Shown: one piece after another, positions 61,673 through 64,000 of the stretch | How the letters are laid out: each line of letters starts with the position of its first letter | Numbering within the stretch: the first letter of the stretch is position 1 | Source: Verrucomicrobiales bacterium | Lineage (GTDB): Bacteria > Verrucomicrobiota > Verrucomicrobiia > Verrucomicrobiales > SLCJ01 | DNA: 64,000 bases | NCBI GenBank assembly: GCA_046075565.1 | Contig: JBJTQJ010000021.1 | Span: 1-64,000, forward strand | Direction of reading: 5' to 3' | Made by a program: the position numbers and the translations under genes | The notes under the pieces: generated by a model | Databases searched by the model: none | The model's input: only the letters and a program-made list of their open reading frames with translations | Told to the model about the DNA's origin: nothing

Positions 61673-62980
61673 ATGGCCCGCCTGATGATCGTAGATGACG
61701 AGCGCTCCGTGCGCGAACTAATCTCCCGTTACACCCAAACCCAGGGACACGAATCGGTCACCTATTCGACCGGGAGATCGGCAATTGATGCCTTCGACCA
61801 GTCGAAACCCGACCTGCTGCTTGTGGACCTTCGCATTGGCGACATGGATGGTCTGGAGGTAATCAAGGCTTGTAAGGAGAAAAGCCCGTCGCTTCCGGTG
61901 ATCATGATCACGGGTCACGGGAGCGTGGAGACGGCGGTGGAGGCCATGCGCCTCGGGGCCTACGATTATTTGACGAAGCCCTTTGAACTGGACGATCTCG
62001 GGCGCACCATCCAGGCGGCTCTGGCGGAGACCGGCACCACTTCGATGGCTCCGGCGGCGGAGATTCCGCCCGCCCAGTCCACGGCCGTGGTTGGACGCAG
62101 CGAGGCCGTGCGCAAGATTCAAATGTTGATCGATCGGATCGGCGGACGCCCGGCCAATGTGGTTTTCGAAGGCGAATATGGCGTGGGCAAAATTTCCTTC
62201 GCCCGCCAATTGCACGCCGCTGGTCCGAGCGCGCGTTACGCTTTCCGCACCATCCATTGCAGCGCCTTGCCCGAAGCTTTGCTTGAACAGGAACTTTCCG
62301 GTGGTGAGGGCGTCCGCAACGCCTTTGAACGCGCCGCCGGAGGCACGCTCGTGCTGGAAGAAGTCGATACCCTGCGTCCGCGCTTGCAGGCCATATTGCA
62401 AGACCAGCTCGGCGACGGCCATGGCAAACCCTTCCGCGTCATTGCCACCACCACGCGCGCCCTCGACACCATGGTGCGCAAGGGGGAATTCCGCTCGGAT
62501 CTTTTCTACCGCCTGGCGGTGATCCCCGTGGCGGTGCCCGCCCTGCGTGACCGCGCGGAAGACATCCTGCCCTTGGCTGAGCATTTCCTCGCGGAGATTG
62601 CGGCCAAAGTCCCGGGTGCCCCGCAGCGCATTGAGAAGGAAGCCAAAAAGCTGCTCCAGAAATACCCTTGGCCGGGCAACGTGGGCGAGTTGCAAAACTC
62701 CATCCAACGGGCCTGCGCGCTCGCGACCGGACCGGAAATCACGTCCATGGAATTGCCGGCGCGCCTGCGCCAGCCCGCCCCGCCCATCCCGGTGCCAGGA
62801 CAAAATGGCGGCGATGAGGAAGGTGCTCTGCCCGTGGGCAGCAGCTTGAACAAGTTCATCCGCGAGCAGGAGCGCCGCTTCATTAAGGCAACACTCGCCT
62901 CCGTGGGTGGCAATAAGGAGCAAGCGGCAGGCATCCTCGAGATCAGCCTCGCCACCCTCTACCGCAAACTGGACGAATGA
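61673..62980 (+). CDS. NtrC-like response regulator (REC-AAA+-Fis HTH) with degenerate AAA+ domain
   Basis: IVDDE, LLVDL, YLTKPF, FRSDLFYRL, WPGNVGEL, ISLATLYRKL; no GAFTGA motif. Confidence 0.88.
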   Translation: MARLMIVDDERSVRELISRYTQTQGHESVTYSTGRSAIDAFDQSKPDLLLVDLRIGDMDGLEVIKACKEKSPSLPVIMITGHGSVETAVEAMRLGAYDYLTKPFELDDLGRTIQAALAETGTTSMAPAAEIPPAQSTAVVGRSEAVRKIQMLIDRIGGRPANVVFEGEYGVGKISFARQLHAAGPSARYAFRTIHCSALPEALLEQELSGGEGVRNAFERAAGGTLVLEEVDTLRPRLQAILQDQLGDGHGKPFRVIATTTRALDTMVRKGEFRSDLFYRLAVIPVAVPALRDRAEDILPLAEHFLAEIAAKVPGAPQRIEKEAKKLLQKYPWPGNVGELQNSIQRACALATGPEITSMELPARLRQPAPPIPVPGQNGGDEEGALPVGSSLNKFIREQERRFIKATLASVGGNKEQAAGILEISLATLYRKLDE

Positions 62981-63693
62981 CCCATCCGGGCGGAGAATGC
63001 GGCGTGATCGCTTCTTCCCAACACGCGCCCCGGCTGCTCGTCACCGCTGGTCCGACCCACGAGGCCATCGACCCGGTCCGTTATATTGCCAACCGTTCAT
63101 CGGGAAAAATGGGCTTTGCCTTGGCGGCCCGCGCTGCCGCCCGCGGATGGAGCTGCTTGCTCGTGGCGGGGCCGGTGCATCTGCCGACACCGACGGGAGT
63201 CGAGCGAGTGGATGTGGTTTCCGCGGAGGAAATGTATGAAGCGGTTGCTAGCCGCGCTTTTAGCTATGATGCCGCCATTCACTCCGCCGCCGTGGCCGAC
63301 TTCCGACCGCTCCATGCAGCGGAAGGCAAGATCAAGAAGAGCGGCCACGAAGGACTAACCCTCGAACTCACCCGCACGCGCGACATCCTCGGTTCCATGC
63401 GCGGCGATATCGGCTTCACCGGAGTGCTTGTCGGCTTCGCGGCGGAAACATCGAATCTGTTAGAGGAAGCGGAAAGGAAATACCGCACCAAAGGCTGTGA
63501 TCTCCTCGTGGCCAATGATGTCTCGCGCCCGGACATCGGCTTCGGTTCCGATTTCAACGAGGTGCTCCTCATTTCTCCCCCGCGACCGCCCGAGCCATTG
63601 CCCCGCGCGACGAAAGAATCCATCGCCGATGCCATTCTGGATCGCATCGCGGAGTTGCTGGCGGGGAGGGGGAGTGAGAGAAGGGGTCGTTGA
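62977..63693 (+). CDS. coaB: Phosphopantothenate--cysteine ligase (stand-alone CoaB domain)
   Basis: LVTAGPTHEAIDPVRYIANRSSGKMG, AAVADF, VGFAAET, VANDV; start uncertain (62977 or GTG at 63004). Confidence 0.9.
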   Translation: MTHPGGECGVIASSQHAPRLLVTAGPTHEAIDPVRYIANRSSGKMGFALAARAAARGWSCLLVAGPVHLPTPTGVERVDVVSAEEMYEAVASRAFSYDAAIHSAAVADFRPLHAAEGKIKKSGHEGLTLELTRTRDILGSMRGDIGFTGVLVGFAAETSNLLEEAERKYRTKGCDLLVANDVSRPDIGFGSDFNEVLLISPPRPPEPLPRATKESIADAILDRIAELLAGRGSERRGR

Positions 63694-63732
63694 ACTTCTA
63701 CGGATGAAGACCAATGCTTGAGAGCCGGAGCC

Positions 63733-63835
63733 TGCCGAGCTGGGGCTCGGCGTTCCCAGGGTGGTGATTTACATATCGAGATTTTGAGGCGTCGTCCGCG
63801 TGAAACGGGAACGCGCCGGGTTTCAGCTCGGCAGG
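63733..63835. repeat. Inverted pair of GGAA-type REP-like palindromes
   Basis: tgccgagctggggctcggcgttccc and gggaacgcgccgggtttcagctcggca. Confidence 0.65.
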
Positions 63836-63909
63836 GGATCCCCAAGGTTTTCCGGGAAATCCACGCTGCGGGACTTTTCCTGGCGCGGGGCCTGCGTATG
63901 GTGTGGGCG

Positions 63910-64000
63910 GTGGATCTGAAATTCAAATCCAGGGTAATGGTGATTGGCGGCGGTCTGGGAGGACTGGCGGCCTCGATTCGTCTGGCCTTGGCCGGTTGCC
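63910..64000 (+). CDS. N-terminus of an FAD-dependent oxidoreductase (phytoene desaturase-like), truncated by the window
   Basis: VDLKFKSRVMVIGGGLGGLAASIRLALAGC: Rossmann GxGxxG motif. Confidence 0.65.
   Translation, partial: MDLKFKSRVMVIGGGLGGLAASIRLALAGC

Noticed and set aside
5-64000. Numerous long antisense and alternate-frame ORFs (e.g. 11406-13460 +, 21566-23131 +, 42702-44081 -)
   Set aside because: Shadow ORFs expected at high GC opposite well-supported genes; no motifs recognised.

Overview
GC-rich (roughly 60% by eye) bacterial chromosomal segment. The gene content (DUF1549/DUF1553 plus DUF1501, PA14/LamG giant secreted protein, HzsA-like protein, DUF1080) suggests a PVC-group organism, most likely Verrucomicrobiota; this is inference. 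Housekeeping genes that look intact are deaD, rsgA, pckG, tRNA-Cys, argS, proS, an RluA-type synthase, 2-oxoacid:ferredoxin oxidoreductase alpha/beta, ffh and coaB. They alternate with carbohydrate-use and envelope genes. Main observations: (1) a REP-associated tyrosine transposase (RAYT, 35255-35812) flanked by two GTAG palindrome types that recur 18 kb away as a 105-bp-period array, plus several other palindromic repeat families; (2) a probable autoregulated operon (membrane protein, winged-HTH, IspH, B12 radical SAM) with two copies of a CTTTG-N5-CAAAGTGAA operator; (3) five in-frame stop codons without frameshifts in three sugar-catabolism genes, plus motif-damaging substitutions in other accessory genes; (4) a >1325-aa secreted PA14/heparinase-like/LamG protein missing from the ORF track because it runs off the window; (5) a restriction-modification remnant coupled to a zeta-like ATPase/small-protein pair. 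All family calls come from motif recognition by eye; no database searches were run.
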